A DNA stretch of 64,000 nt from Bacillota bacterium (GCA_050952625.1 JBMNLH010000004.1:64001-128000), one strand, 5' to 3'. Shown: positions 41,791-53,217, numbered from the stretch's first letter. The notes: generated by a model not told the origin, from the sequence alone. Translations and numbers: made by a program.

Positions 41791-44505
41791 TTATTCGACG
41801 ATCACCAAGATGGGGCCGGTAATATCCTCCAGCCAGTATAATTGGTCACCCACCCGTAAGTTTGAGATGGGCACTGGCCGGCCCTGGCGGACAATCTGCG
41901 CCCGTTTCAGATCAATTGTCCGGGAGGATTGGTTTAAGTTCCACCGGTCATTCAGGTTGTCCCAATCCTTATACTGAGCCAAAGTAACCATCCCGGTGGT
42001 CGGATTAAGGCTGCTGATGGTTCCGGTGCTGATCCATTCCCGGACCCCGAACGCTTTATCTTCCCGCAGGTTAATAGCCAAGATCTGCTCTTGATCCGCA
42101 ATCAGGTAAAGCAGCATATCCTCGTCTGTGCCGACATCCAAGGCCTCTAGCCACTTCTCTGCCAGTTCATCCCGGGTTAGGGCCACGCCCGGGTTTATTT
42201 GGTCGCGACTATCTAAAATTCGGGTATCCAGATTAAACCGCAGGTCTTCTGAACTAATATCCTTTCTTTCCTGGTTCCTCCACTCGTAACAATCCCATAA
42301 TTCCAGGATATCGCGTCTAATGTCGTCAATTTTGCCCCGCAAGAACCGCAGATAGGAGGACTCGACTTGTTCCACAATGATGACCGTTGCCCGGTGGCCG
42401 GATTCAAATGTGCTGCTAAAGTAATTAGTGATTACCTGAACGTCCTGGCCCGTTTTTAGATCAAAGGGATCCAGAAGCCGGCCGTTGTGCAGCACCAGGG
42501 TTGCGTCATCCCATTGAATATCCCGTCCGGCGACCGTTAACTGCCGCGTCGCATAGTTAATCTGTTTAATCTGGTTGTAATACTGGTTGTTGTAACCGGA
42601 ATCAAGGATCAGGTGAACGACGCGCTGACCTCCGTAATTGTCCCGCACTGCCGCGTAAACCCGATAACCCCGGTATTCGGGCCGCTGGATTTCCGCGAGG
42701 GTGACCAATCGCCCGTCCTGAAAGATCTGGGTATCACTACCGATTTCTAAGCGAACCAATGGCTGCGTATTTTGCCAATTTCCCTGGTAGTACCGAGTTC
42801 CGTCGCGCAGGGAGAGCTGACCGGGAATAGCAGCCAGACTCTCCAGTTGACCGCGGTAAAGGGTGACCACCAGCGGTTCACGGCCTTCGAGAACTACCCG
42901 CGCCACTCGCCGGGGGTCCGGTGAAGCCTGTCCTGGCCGAACGATGGCCGGGGTATGATCCTCCTCCAGATAGAGATGAACCCGATCACCCGGCCGAACC
43001 TGCTCCAACCGGATTAGCTGATTATCCTTTGAGTAAGTTGTGTACGGGGTTAACAGGTAGTCTATTTCTTGCCCGTTTTCCACTAACAGCAAAACGGTTT
43101 CGGTCCGGCCGGTTGGCCCGGTCCGTTGCGCAATTTCCCGGACCCGGCCGAAATGAACCTGCCGGTCCGCCGGCAGATAGCCGGGGTTGGGCTGAGACAA
43201 CCGGGCCTGAATCGTCACAACCCGGCCCTGCCCCAAAACGATCGTCGCTTCCTGCCCGGTCATTAAATCCTCCAGGGAGGCTGGTTGCTCATTGACCTCC
43301 ACCGTCACCTGCTGGTTAAGCGGCAGTTGGTTTAGGGTGCCGTCTGCTTGCAGCACAGTCAATTGGCCGGCGACCGGGTCAATCTGCTGCAACTGGCCCT
43401 GCAGGGTGGTTTGTTCGGTCTGAGGCCGCGTTACTTCTATGTAAAAGACCTGAGCGTTTTTATCCGTCAGGTAGCGTAGGTTATCGCCAACTTGGATCAG
43501 TTCGCTGTTGCCCAGTTGGCTGGTCTGGGGCCGATACACTGCGGCTTCCTGCCACACCACCTGGCTGCTGGCCGAGACCGCGCCCACCGGGGCTTGAAAT
43601 ACCAGGCGAGCTACCAAAGGATCACGGCCGCCAAGCTTAAATTGAAGCTGCTGCACCGGGGTGCCTTGAATGTAAGCTTGATTTTGAGCCTTGTCTTCTA
43701 CTATCCCCCAATGCTCAGTCACCCCACGGACCGGATTTAAACGGGGGCTGAGCCGGTCAAACATGACCGCCAATTGCGCCCGGGTCATTGGTCCTTTCGG
43801 GTCAAACAGATTGGTCTGCGTCCCGTACATTAAGTTTTCCCGCAAGACCGCTTCCACCCAGGGAGCCGCAGCTAGCTCTATCGCGTTAGCGTCTCTGAAA
43901 CTGTATATGGCGCGGCGTTCAGCACCATAAATCGGTTGAAGTTGAACCGCCCGGCCGATCCACATTGCCAGTTCCTCACGGGTTGCGGTTTCTCGCCAGT
44001 CTGTTGCGTTAAGCTCATTGGCGGTAATGATTTCGGCACTGATGGCAGCCTGCAAAAAACCAGCGGCCCAGGAATCGGCCCTGATGGCCCCCAGATTCTG
44101 TGTCCCCGTTTCCGCGACGGCCAAGGCTTCAGCCTCCCGGCCCAGGGCCTGAATCAACCCGGTTATCACTTCCTGCCGCGTTAAGGCTTGATTCGGCTGA
44201 AACCGATGGTTCCCATAACCGCGCATCAGCCCCTGCGCGGCGACTCGAATGATCGAATCCTTGGCCCAATGCTGTCCAAGGTCGGTAAACTGAAGGCTCT
44301 GCCGGAGTTCGAGGCCATTGGCTACCCCGGGGTAAGTAGGGGCTAAGGCGGAGCTTGCCCAGTCCGGGGCCGAATCCATAAAGGCACTGGTGGTTAAGGC
44401 GGGGTTAAGGATCAAAAGGGAAACCAGCAGCAATAGTCCCCGCCACACTGATCGCCAGGGTTTATGAGTTTGGATATTAAATCTATCAGTCATTTTCTTA
44501 AGCAT
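41791..44505 (-). CDS. Large S-layer-like protein with N-terminal SLH domains
   Basis: FTDLGQHWA, LTRQEV and MTRAQL SLH repeats followed by repeated beta-rich modules. Confidence 0.88.
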   Translation of the reverse strand: MLKKMTDRFNIQTHKPWRSVWRGLLLLVSLLILNPALTTSAFMDSAPDWASSALAPTYPGVANGLELRQSLQFTDLGQHWAKDSIIRVAAQGLMRGYGNHRFQPNQALTRQEVITGLIQALGREAEALAVAETGTQNLGAIRADSWAAGFLQAAISAEIITANELNATDWRETATREELAMWIGRAVQLQPIYGAERRAIYSFRDANAIELAAAPWVEAVLRENLMYGTQTNLFDPKGPMTRAQLAVMFDRLSPRLNPVRGVTEHWGIVEDKAQNQAYIQGTPVQQLQFKLGGRDPLVARLVFQAPVGAVSASSQVVWQEAAVYRPQTSQLGNSELIQVGDNLRYLTDKNAQVFYIEVTRPQTEQTTLQGQLQQIDPVAGQLTVLQADGTLNQLPLNQQVTVEVNEQPASLEDLMTGQEATIVLGQGRVVTIQARLSQPNPGYLPADRQVHFGRVREIAQRTGPTGRTETVLLLVENGQEIDYLLTPYTTYSKDNQLIRLEQVRPGDRVHLYLEEDHTPAIVRPGQASPDPRRVARVVLEGREPLVVTLYRGQLESLAAIPGQLSLRDGTRYYQGNWQNTQPLVRLEIGSDTQIFQDGRLVTLAEIQRPEYRGYRVYAAVRDNYGGQRVVHLILDSGYNNQYYNQIKQINYATRQLTVAGRDIQWDDATLVLHNGRLLDPFDLKTGQDVQVITNYFSSTFESGHRATVIIVEQVESSYLRFLRGKIDDIRRDILELWDCYEWRNQERKDISSEDLRFNLDTRILDSRDQINPGVALTRDELAEKWLEALDVGTDEDMLLYLIADQEQILAINLREDKAFGVREWISTGTISSLNPTTGMVTLAQYKDWDNLNDRWNLNQSSRTIDLKRAQIVRQGRPVPISNLRVGDQLYWLEDITGPILVIVE

Positions 44506-44569
44506 CCGTGTATTACTCCCCCTGTGTTCTGGCCCCCTCTTGAGAGTCGGCTGTTCTTGATGGTGGAAG

Positions 44570-44640
44570 GTTAGACGTTATTAGACGTTAGATCTATAAC
44601 GTTAGATGTATTACGTGAAATGCAAAACGTTAAATGTTAA
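44570..44640. repeat. Degenerate heptamer repeat (TTAGAYG)n
   Basis: ttagacg/ttagatc/ttagatg/ttaaatg units. Confidence 0.6.
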
Positions 44641-44789
44641 ATTAATGGTTTTTTGTAAAGTAAACATTACGTTCATTATTATTTGAGTTATTTTCACCCG
44701 TGGATGTGCCTAGCGGGCATGGGCGGTTAACCCACAAGAACCTAGGTGATTGATTATTGCGCTGATTGACCAAGCTGACTCAAATCAGG

Positions 44790-47700
44790 TTACCACTGCT
44801 TTTTTACGATCAGTCCATAACTTCCCGACCGGCGAACCTGGATCCGGCCGGTACCGTAGGCCGGGTTGGTGCTGCCGAACAGGTTGTTCCATTCTCGTTT
44901 AGCTGGATCCAAAACGTATATATTTCCGGTTTCACTAGCACTCCACTGCCGGGCCGGAACCTTCAGGGTTAAATCAATCGTCCCGTTAAGCGATTGAATT
45001 GCTTGGGCTCGGGTACCTACCCGGACCTCACCGAGTAACTCAGTCCCCCCGACCAGTTTATAATTAGTCCCCAGTTTGCTGGTGGCCCGCTCCACGTCAC
45101 GCGGCTGCAAAGGCTGAAGAATTAAATAGACGTAAATCTGCGCCGAATCCGTGATCCAATTGGCCCAGGCAGCTCCTCTTTCCACTTGCTTGACTTCCTG
45201 GGTATACAGGGCCCGGGGCGAGAACTCCAGGTCATAACGCGGTGTTTTAACCAGTACCCGCCGGTTAGCTTGAAGCAAGGACAACGGGACCGCGATCTGC
45301 ACCCGGTTGACCCGGCTGTATTCGTCATCGGTCAGGTCAAGATAATCAAGGTAGTATTCGTTCTTGGGCCGATTCCCGATGATGATGTTCAGGTTATCGC
45401 CAGCCAGGTTGACGACGCTGGCCGGTCGTTCATCCTCGTCCTCATCTTCGTCTTCATCATCTTCCTCATCAATGTACCCTACGTAGAGAGGGAAGAGGTC
45501 AGCCTTAATCAGGGGAGAGGCCCCTTTATCCGATATCGCCCGCAGTTGGAAGTAATAATCTTCCCCTTCCTTGACCGTTTTTAACAGATAGCTGGTCTGA
45601 TCGGTACTAGCCAGGAAAACAAGGTCCTCATCGTCATCAGTCTGGGCAAAAAGCTCGTAGTTGCTGGCCCCTTCGACCGGGTCCCAGGACAACTGAACGT
45701 AACGATGGCCGATCAACCGGGCCGTAAAGCCGGTCGGTTCTTCCGGGAAAAGCCTATCGTAAGTGTAACCACCCCGGAGGATGGCCTCCCCGAAATCCGG
45801 AGCCGGGTGCCGGACCGTCACATCACAACTGCCGCTATCGTTTGCCGGTGTCTTGCACTTGAGGGTTTGATAATCAATGTATTCCACATCCGTGGCCGGT
45901 TTGGCACCAAAGTAAACCTCCGCGTCGCGGTGGAAGTTTTCCCCGATAAGGCCTTCAATGGTGACGACGGTCCCTCCATAAATCGAACCTTGGTTGGGTT
46001 CAATGGCCTGATTATTGCCGTCCAGGTCTATAATTTCTGGGGTGCTAGCCGGCACCTGGAATTTAAAAGGGATTCGACTGACCGCGGTCGCCGTATCCGG
46101 ATTAACGACGCGCAGTTCATAATCACCGGCATTCCCCAGATCAGGGACAACCAGTTTTATTTGCGTATCATTGACGACATAGAGCCGACTGTTGGCTTCA
46201 ACACCGGGTGTTTTAGCCGGGTCTAAGCGGTCCGGATTGTTATCTGGAGTGGTCAAACAGTAATCTCCCAAATAAACCCGGGAGGAATCCTGATAAACCG
46301 CCTGATCCACCGATAGATTACCACGAACGAACTCAGCCCCGTTGATTGTCAACACTGTCCCTGCCCCACCGTGGGTGGGTGTAAAATCAGTGATTGAGGG
46401 TTCAGTAGTTATCCGATGGTAAATAAAAGCCTCCGGCAAGGTATATAATCCACCGGTATCCAACCGGATCACCTGGACCGGCACCTTTTTTTCTACCTCC
46501 ATGCCAGGCGGGGTCTTGCCGGTGATTTCAATTCCTCCTCTGCCTACTTCTACCTGGACCGCTGGTTCCCCATCAAAGGTGACCATCACCTCATTTCCAA
46601 AGTTGCCTCCCTTAATAACGAAGGGAGTTCCCCCTTCAATTGAGCCTTCGGTTGGCGAGAGGCTGTCGACACGTGGTTTTTGCCCCTCTGTCGGGTCAAG
46701 ATAGGTAAAGCCCTCGGTCACCGTCACCTGTCCCTCATCCACGTTTTTGACCGTGACATCTACTGTTGCTGGATAATTTCCAGCCGTACTCGCCGGGACG
46801 CAGGCCTTAATCTTCTGGCCGACCCGGCTGGCCGGGGACTCGGCAGTCAAGCGTTCGCCGTCAGCCGTATAAACCCTAATGTCGCTAGCCCTCTGCCCGC
46901 CGAAATAAACGCCTTCAGTTCCTACGGGTACTTCAGGAATGTAGTAGAAGTCGTTCCCCTCAATGGTTAGATAGACTCCGCCCTCTTTAGGGCCCAAATT
47001 GGGGGTAATCTTGGTCACAGAAGGATTACTGATATATTCAAAATGGGTATCGATAATCGGGTTTCCGGCATCATCGTCCCGGGACCGACACTCGCCCTTA
47101 TCCGGATTAACCACAATCACGTCTACGAGGCCACGAAATTCACTGGGCGGAGTTATCACGGTGAGCGTTGCCTTTATCTTGTTTTTCGAGGGATCGAGGG
47201 CACCATACTCCACCTTTTGCAACTGTCCCTGACGGGCCGGCTCTTTAGCACCAAAGTATACTTTGGCATTATCCTGAAAGTCTAGTCCGGTGATTTTTAC
47301 CGTAGTCCCTCCGGCGATTGATCCTTTAGCCGGAGCAATAGAATTATCGCCAATCAAGGTTTCTACTTTGTCTATTTCAGGAGCACTAGGTACCGGATGG
47401 TAGGTAAATCTGGTATTGGATCGCTCTTGCTCCTGGATAGTTAGGGACTCGATCTTTTGTCCCTTACGTGGGTCCCCATCCTTCGCATAGAAAACTTCTT
47501 CCAGGGTAGTAATGATGACATCGACCTCTTCCGGTGCTCGACTTTGCAGAGTAACCTTGGGAGTTTTTCCGGTAAGTAGCCAAGTGCCATCCTCTCGAGG
47601 AGCTACACGGGTGATCGTCGCATAGTTCCCTCCGAAGGTACAGCTTAAAGTACGGGACACTAAGGCCTCAATGGTGTCGCCAGGATATAAAGGATCGTCA

Positions 47701-49196
47701 ATAATTACCTTTTCCTGGGTGACCACTATGGTTGAATTTAGGTCTAAGGTTTGCAGTTCATGAAGATCTGCAGATAGATCGGTTCCGTTAATCTTACGGT
47801 CGGTTCCACCGTCTCTAAACCGCAAAAAATTACTGCCTTCTACCCAAACTTCCTCGCCGCCAGTTTCAACACCGTTTTCAGGTGTTACCTTGCCAACATA
47901 CAAATCATCCCCTACCTTTGCGTAGGTAAATCCTTCATGAAGGATACCAATTACTCTAGGATTAAAAGGATCTCGAACCGTTACATTAACCGGCCCCCCC
48001 AAGGGCGGGCCTATCGGAGTGGTTGCCTGGAGAATCGTCGTATCTGGTGGAGCACCGGCTGGCGGATTCACCAGGGTGACATTGGTCGCAGCCTGGTCAC
48101 CAAAAAACACCTGCATCCCACTCTGTAATCCAAAACCAACAATCTGAACCACGGTCCCGCCGTTGACTGAACCGCGATTAGGAGTAACGGTCTTAAGCTC
48201 AATCGAACCCGGGGTGGGCAAAATTTCTAGTTCTTCTTTTAAAGTCGCACTTGACCCGTTAGGCAGGATAACCCGAACGTCTTTTTTCCCCGAAGTCATA
48301 TCTAACGGTTGGGGCACCTTAATATGGATAGTCTTACCATCAATGGAAACTCGATTCTCAGCCGTTGGTTCATCACTTACCGTAACCGAACCGCCGGCTA
48401 TTTCGACCTCTGACCCATTGACAAAGCCGGTTCCCTGGATCAACAATTCCTCCCCGACCACAACCTGGTTCTTATTGAGATTAGTAATATCCGGAGGAGG
48501 ATTCAGCATCACCGCATCATCTCCCGCTAAATCGCTTATACCTCCGTATACTGTTTCCAGGTATACGTTAACCTCTTGTCCCATATGTAGCCCGTCTGGC
48601 AACTTGCCGACCAAAAGCGAGTAATCCTGGTGACGAATATCGGTCAACACGTTTACCGGCCGTTCTCCGATCCGCCAGGTACTAAGAGGACGATGTAAAC
48701 AGGTTCCGGTCAACACCGCTTGTGTCTCTTTAGTGCTGCCCGTAATCTGCCCCTGGGCATTGCGGGTTAAGTAGATATCTGTATTCAGGGTCATCCCGCT
48801 AAGGCTAGGATCAGCTATAAACACAAAATTACAACTGTCACTTTCACCGGTATCAGTGATAACTCGAATCGTAACGGACTTTTCCGGCGCACCCCCCATG
48901 TACGTGGAAACATCGGGCAAAAGCGCAAACACCTTACTGTAACTCGTAGGATCTAGTAATTGAGCTTCAATAATATATGTACCGATGAGAACATCTACCT
49001 TATTTACGTTATCCAGTCCGCTTCCCTGAATCTCAATAATACATCCACCCGCACTTCCAGCGTCCGGGCTAATCCTGGTTATTTCAATCCCATCAGCCGC
49101 CCAGGCCTCTGGTGTCGTGTTAGGGAAAAGACCAACGACAAAAAAGAACGTCAACAGTACTGCTACCCAACTTCTAACCCGACTACGTTTAAACAT
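44790..49196 (-). CDS. Secreted multi-IPT/TIG + fibronectin type III surface protein
   Basis: Signal peptide ending AWA; repeated P..G...GGT.V.I.G..F units; FN3 (LSWDPVEGA..Y..YYFQLRA); acidic linker. Confidence 0.9.
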   Translation of the reverse strand: MFKRSRVRSWVAVLLTFFFVVGLFPNTTPEAWAADGIEITRISPDAGSAGGCIIEIQGSGLDNVNKVDVLIGTYIIEAQLLDPTSYSKVFALLPDVSTYMGGAPEKSVTIRVITDTGESDSCNFVFIADPSLSGMTLNTDIYLTRNAQGQITGSTKETQAVLTGTCLHRPLSTWRIGERPVNVLTDIRHQDYSLLVGKLPDGLHMGQEVNVYLETVYGGISDLAGDDAVMLNPPPDITNLNKNQVVVGEELLIQGTGFVNGSEVEIAGGSVTVSDEPTAENRVSIDGKTIHIKVPQPLDMTSGKKDVRVILPNGSSATLKEELEILPTPGSIELKTVTPNRGSVNGGTVVQIVGFGLQSGMQVFFGDQAATNVTLVNPPAGAPPDTTILQATTPIGPPLGGPVNVTVRDPFNPRVIGILHEGFTYAKVGDDLYVGKVTPENGVETGGEEVWVEGSNFLRFRDGGTDRKINGTDLSADLHELQTLDLNSTIVVTQEKVIIDDPLYPGDTIEALVSRTLSCTFGGNYATITRVAPREDGTWLLTGKTPKVTLQSRAPEEVDVIITTLEEVFYAKDGDPRKGQKIESLTIQEQERSNTRFTYHPVPSAPEIDKVETLIGDNSIAPAKGSIAGGTTVKITGLDFQDNAKVYFGAKEPARQGQLQKVEYGALDPSKNKIKATLTVITPPSEFRGLVDVIVVNPDKGECRSRDDDAGNPIIDTHFEYISNPSVTKITPNLGPKEGGVYLTIEGNDFYYIPEVPVGTEGVYFGGQRASDIRVYTADGERLTAESPASRVGQKIKACVPASTAGNYPATVDVTVKNVDEGQVTVTEGFTYLDPTEGQKPRVDSLSPTEGSIEGGTPFVIKGGNFGNEVMVTFDGEPAVQVEVGRGGIEITGKTPPGMEVEKKVPVQVIRLDTGGLYTLPEAFIYHRITTEPSITDFTPTHGGAGTVLTINGAEFVRGNLSVDQAVYQDSSRVYLGDYCLTTPDNNPDRLDPAKTPGVEANSRLYVVNDTQIKLVVPDLGNAGDYELRVVNPDTATAVSRIPFKFQVPASTPEIIDLDGNNQAIEPNQGSIYGGTVVTIEGLIGENFHRDAEVYFGAKPATDVEYIDYQTLKCKTPANDSGSCDVTVRHPAPDFGEAILRGGYTYDRLFPEEPTGFTARLIGHRYVQLSWDPVEGASNYELFAQTDDDEDLVFLASTDQTSYLLKTVKEGEDYYFQLRAISDKGASPLIKADLFPLYVGYIDEEDDEDEDEDEDERPASVVNLAGDNLNIIIGNRPKNEYYLDYLDLTDDEYSRVNRVQIAVPLSLLQANRRVLVKTPRYDLEFSPRALYTQEVKQVERGAAWANWITDSAQIYVYLILQPLQPRDVERATSKLGTNYKLVGGTELLGEVRVGTRAQAIQSLNGTIDLTLKVPARQWSASETGNIYVLDPAKREWNNLFGSTNPAYGTGRIQVRRSGSYGLIVKKQW

Positions 49197-49520
49197 AGTG
49201 GACCCCTCCCTTAAAATTAGGAATGTGAGACAAATCGAGCTTATAGAAAAGGCTTGAAACCATTGATAATGGATAAAATAGAAATCTAGTTAAAGAATTT
49301 AATTGTAAAAACTTATCCTACCCGAAAAGACGATTTTTGCAAAATTAGGGCCTATCTAATATTTATCGACAATTAGCCAGTCTGACCTTATTCGTTGGAA
49401 ATCCCACCCTACCGATTTTTTAGTCACCAGGCTTCCTATTCCTCCCTCTCAGGCCAATTTTGACCTGGGCGTAATTTACGCTGAAAATAGGTTGCGCTTG
49501 TGTTTTATCTAGGTCCATCC

Positions 49521-49546
49521 CAAAAAAAACCGCACCGAAGTGCGGT
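49521..49546 (-). terminator. Intrinsic terminator after cheX
   Basis: ACCGCAC-loop-GTGCGGT followed by a T run on the minus strand. Confidence 0.85.
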
Positions 49547-49650
49547 AGAGAAAAGCTCAAATGTAATACAGCTAGAATAGAATATAATTATTAGTTCCGG
49601 ATAACCTGATAAAGCCGGCATCCGACTCTAAATCGAGTGCCCTGATGCCC

Positions 49651-50109
49651 TTAATCAAGCGCGATATTTATTTCCAGCGGGATGGAGTCCACTAACATGT
49701 CGACGGCTAAAACCTTTTCCACGGCGACCTTCAGGGAAGCTTCCTTGCCGTACAACAAGGTAGGCGGCGAGATATGCATTTCAATACCGGCATTGGCAAT
49801 TTTGATGCTGGCATTGGCCGCCAGCATGTTGCCCAGTTCGGAAATAGCACTCTGAGCCATGTCATCGAGTTCGGCGACCGGCATGCCCATCATCATCGTG
49901 GAGGCAGTTTTTTTGGCATCTTCCATATCCAAATTGTATACTACGTTGCCCTTTACCGCCCCGGTAATCCCGATCAGCACCATTACTCCATCATTCGCCA
50001 GGTTGCTATCTTTCACTTTAAGTCCCACCCGTTCCGCCTTTTGAAAGCCTAACTGGGGCATAACGTCAAAAACAGCATCGATAAAGGGGTTAACCATTTT
50101 TACGTCCAT
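49651..50109 (-). CDS. cheX: Chemotaxis phosphatase CheX
   Basis: NPFI, IGITG, SELGNMLA and ISPP. Confidence 0.88.
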   Translation of the reverse strand: MDVKMVNPFIDAVFDVMPQLGFQKAERVGLKVKDSNLANDGVMVLIGITGAVKGNVVYNLDMEDAKKTASTMMMGMPVAELDDMAQSAISELGNMLAANASIKIANAGIEMHISPPTLLYGKEASLKVAVEKVLAVDMLVDSIPLEINIALD

Positions 50110-50966
50110 GCTTCTACCCCCCGCTGAAAACCGATGTCCAAAATAATTTGGCCAAAACTGGTTTGTGAGTTAACCAGTTTGCTTTCCACGTTAGGACTGG
50201 AAACTTCTGACGAAGTGCCATGAAATATGCTTGGAGGAGTAACTCGTAGGCCAAATTCTCGGTGCTTCCGATTTAAAGCGGAGCAAGCATTGCCACAAAT
50301 GATATTCGCAAGCTCACCAACCGTCGCTAAGATTTCATCTTGATTTTTCGGGTCACGTTTAAGGACAACTCGGGCTAATTCTTCGGCAGACTGAGGGGCT
50401 AAATCTAAAATCATCCGGCCAGAGTAGCGGCCGACGATCCCAACCACAACCGCTACGCCCAGGGACCGATACTGAACTGCAGTAACCGTTTTACTGTCAC
50501 TAAATTCCGTTAACGTCTTGGCAACCTTGGTCATGGTGTTGGCTAAAGCATCCTTAAAGGCATCCAGGTACATGCTGTCCAATAGCTCAAATATTTCATC
50601 CGGAGCCATTATTCGATTAATCGCGGTAATTAAAGCTTCATTATCCAGCGGTTTTTGCAGGTACCCGGCCACGTGCAGTTTTCTAGCCTCCTGGACCAGT
50701 TCATCATCTTTCATGGAACTAATAATAATTACTTTTAGATGAGGATCTTCGACTCTTAAAGCCCGGATACACTCCAATCCATCCGCTCCGGGCATCACAA
50801 TATCCATCGTCACTACGTCTGGCCGGTGCTGACGATACTGTTCCACAGCCTCTTCCAGACTGTTCGCCGTACCCACGACTTCGAATCCGCCTTCAGTCAG
50901 TGCATCAGAAATAATGCTGCAAGAAAACGGTGAATCATCAACGACCAATACTCTAACCTTTTTCAT
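50100..50966 (-). CDS. Receiver-CheX fusion protein
   Basis: N-terminal VVDDS/TMDIVMP/QKP receiver; C-terminal GELANIICG and VTPP. Confidence 0.85.
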   Translation of the reverse strand: MKKVRVLVVDDSPFSCSIISDALTEGGFEVVGTANSLEEAVEQYRQHRPDVVTMDIVMPGADGLECIRALRVEDPHLKVIIISSMKDDELVQEARKLHVAGYLQKPLDNEALITAINRIMAPDEIFELLDSMYLDAFKDALANTMTKVAKTLTEFSDSKTVTAVQYRSLGVAVVVGIVGRYSGRMILDLAPQSAEELARVVLKRDPKNQDEILATVGELANIICGNACSALNRKHREFGLRVTPPSIFHGTSSEVSSPNVESKLVNSQTSFGQIILDIGFQRGVEAWT

Positions 50967-51136
50967 TATTACACCTGCCTTTATGTATTTAGCCTACTAA
51001 AATGTAAGATTGAGGAGAAAAAGTTGCTTGAAAAATTATGTACCATTTCTCTGTTATTTGTCGGTAAATATAGAATAACATACTTTTACTATTATTGGGA
51101 TACCCATCCATTATTTAATCCACTCTTTTTTTTAAC

Positions 51137-51166
51137 AAAAAAGCCCTCACTTCAATGAAGGAGGGA
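51137..51166 (-). terminator. Intrinsic terminator in glnS-che intergenic region
   Basis: CCCTC-CTTCA/TGAAG-GAGGG stem followed by T6. Confidence 0.65.
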
Positions 51167-51486
51167 CAGTATTTTTCTTTTTATCAGGCTTTTCGATATC
51201 TGTATCCCAAAATAGGATACGAAACTGCGAAGGCAACCCAAGCATGCTTAGCCGCTCCCTTATAAAACATGCCTTTTATTCTTATCTAGATCCTAAGTCA
51301 TAACAAAGCATCGAGATCAGAAGACGATATTTGCAAACTCTGCGTTACTCATAAAGACGGATGGATTGAACCTCTCACAAATAAATTCGTGCGCCGGGCG
51401 GTTATCAACAGTACTACCAATATATGTTATTGTGCCACATTTTTTAATTCATATTAACCGCCCAAGCCCGACTAGGCCTAAAAAAT

Positions 51487-53217
51487 CTACCCGCTCTTCC
51501 CCGTTTTCTGGATCTTGCCCCAAGTGTCCCGCAGGGAGACGATCCGGTTAAAGACTAGGGTCTCCTTATTAGAATCGGGATCCACGCAAAAATAGCCCTG
51601 TCTTAAGAACTGGTACCGATTCCCGGGCTGGGCGTCAGCTAAACTTGGTTCGACCAGGCACTCCGTTAGTCTTTCTAACGAATTGGGATTAAGATGGGCT
51701 TTGAAATCAGCCCCCTCCTCAGCCCCCTCCGCTTCGTCGTCCGGATTTTCCACCCGGAAAAGCTGGTCATACAGACGGACCTCTGCTTTCCGGGCGTGCG
51801 CCGCGGAAACCCAGTGGGAGGTCCCTTTGACTTTTCGGCCGCTGTTGACCCCGCCGCTTTTGGAGTCCGGGTCATAGGTGCAATGGAGCTCCAGAATCTC
51901 CCCGGTTTGTTCGTCCTTGACCATCCGCTCGCACTTAATGATATAGGCACTCTTCAGCCGGATCTCTCGGCCCGGTGCGAGACGGAAAAACTTTTTCGGC
52001 GGGTTTTCCATGAAGTCTTCTTGTTCAATATAGATGGTCCGGGAAAAGGGAATCTTTCTCGTACCCATCGACGGGTTCTCCGGATTATTGTCGGTTTCCA
52101 GCCATTCCACCTGGCCTTCTGGGTAATTATCAATAATCACGCGCAAGGGACGTAAAACAGCCATCACCCGAGGGGCCCGCTGGTTTAAATCCTCCCGTAC
52201 GCAGTGCTCGAGCAGGGCAATGTCCACCACACTATTGCGCTTGGCCACCCCGATCCGCTCACAAAAATCGCGAATCGCCTCTGGGGTGTAACCCCGTCGT
52301 CGCAACCCGGAAATGGTCGGCATCCGGGGATCATCCCAGCCGTTAACGTATTGCTGCTCCACCAGTTCCCGCAGCTTCCGCTTACTCATCACAGTATAGC
52401 TCAGGTTCAGCCGGGCAAACTCAATCTGCTGGGGCCGGCCCTTAACGTCCTTAGCATAGTCGATATTAATATTGTCTAAGATCCAATCATATAACGGACG
52501 GTGGTCCTCAAATTCCAGCGTACAGATCGAATGGGTAATCCCTTCTAAAGCATCCGAAATGGGATGGGCAAAGTCATACATCGGATAAATGCACCACTGG
52601 TCACCGGTTCGGTGGTGGGTCGCCCGCAGAATTCGGTATAAGACCGGATCCCGCAGGTTAAGGTTAGGCGAAGCCATATTTATCTTGGCCCGCAGCACCC
52701 GGGAACCGTCAGGGAATTCACCAGCTCTCATTCGTTCAAATAAATCCAGGTTTTCTTCAACCGTACGGGTTCGGTATGGGCTATCCTTGCCCGGTTCGGT
52801 CAGGGTCCCCCGGTACTCCCTAATTTCCTGAGGGCTCAAGTCACAGACATAGGCCTTGCCGGCTTTAATCAGTTGGACCGCATACTTGTAAAATTTATCA
52901 AAGTAATCGGAGGCGTAAAACAATCGATCCTCCCAATCAAACCCCAGCCAACGGACATCTGCCTTGATTGACTCGACGTACTCGACCTCTTCTTTACTGG
53001 GATTGGTGTCGTCAAACCGCAGATTACACAGACCTGCGTTGGCCAAAGCCAGGCCAAAATTAAGGCAGATGGATTTAGCATGTCCGATGTGCAAATAGCC
53101 GTTCGGTTCCGGCGGAAAACGGGTATGAACCCGACCGTCGTTTTTATTATTCTTCAAGTCTTCCGTAATAATATTCTGAATGAAATTAACCGGCACGGCT
53201 GGATTATTTTCCGTCAT
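51487..53217 (-). CDS. glnS: Glutamine--tRNA ligase
   Basis: [20 protein letters not shown] and QFLRQGYF; start probably ATG 53217. Confidence 0.96.
   Translation of the reverse strand: MTENNPAVPVNFIQNIITEDLKNNKNDGRVHTRFPPEPNGYLHIGHAKSICLNFGLALANAGLCNLRFDDTNPSKEEVEYVESIKADVRWLGFDWEDRLFYASDYFDKFYKYAVQLIKAGKAYVCDLSPQEIREYRGTLTEPGKDSPYRTRTVEENLDLFERMRAGEFPDGSRVLRAKINMASPNLNLRDPVLYRILRATHHRTGDQWCIYPMYDFAHPISDALEGITHSICTLEFEDHRPLYDWILDNINIDYAKDVKGRPQQIEFARLNLSYTVMSKRKLRELVEQQYVNGWDDPRMPTISGLRRRGYTPEAIRDFCERIGVAKRNSVVDIALLEHCVREDLNQRAPRVMAVLRPLRVIIDNYPEGQVEWLETDNNPENPSMGTRKIPFSRTIYIEQEDFMENPPKKFFRLAPGREIRLKSAYIIKCERMVKDEQTGEILELHCTYDPDSKSGGVNSGRKVKGTSHWVSAAHARKAEVRLYDQLFRVENPDDEAEGAEEGADFKAHLNPNSLERLTECLVEPSLADAQPGNRYQFLRQGYFCVDPDSNKETLVFNRIVSLRDTWGKIQKTGKSG

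Noticed and set aside
51389-51410. Group II intron 5' end (GTGCGCC)
   Set aside because: No domain V/VI, no RT ORF and no room for an intron
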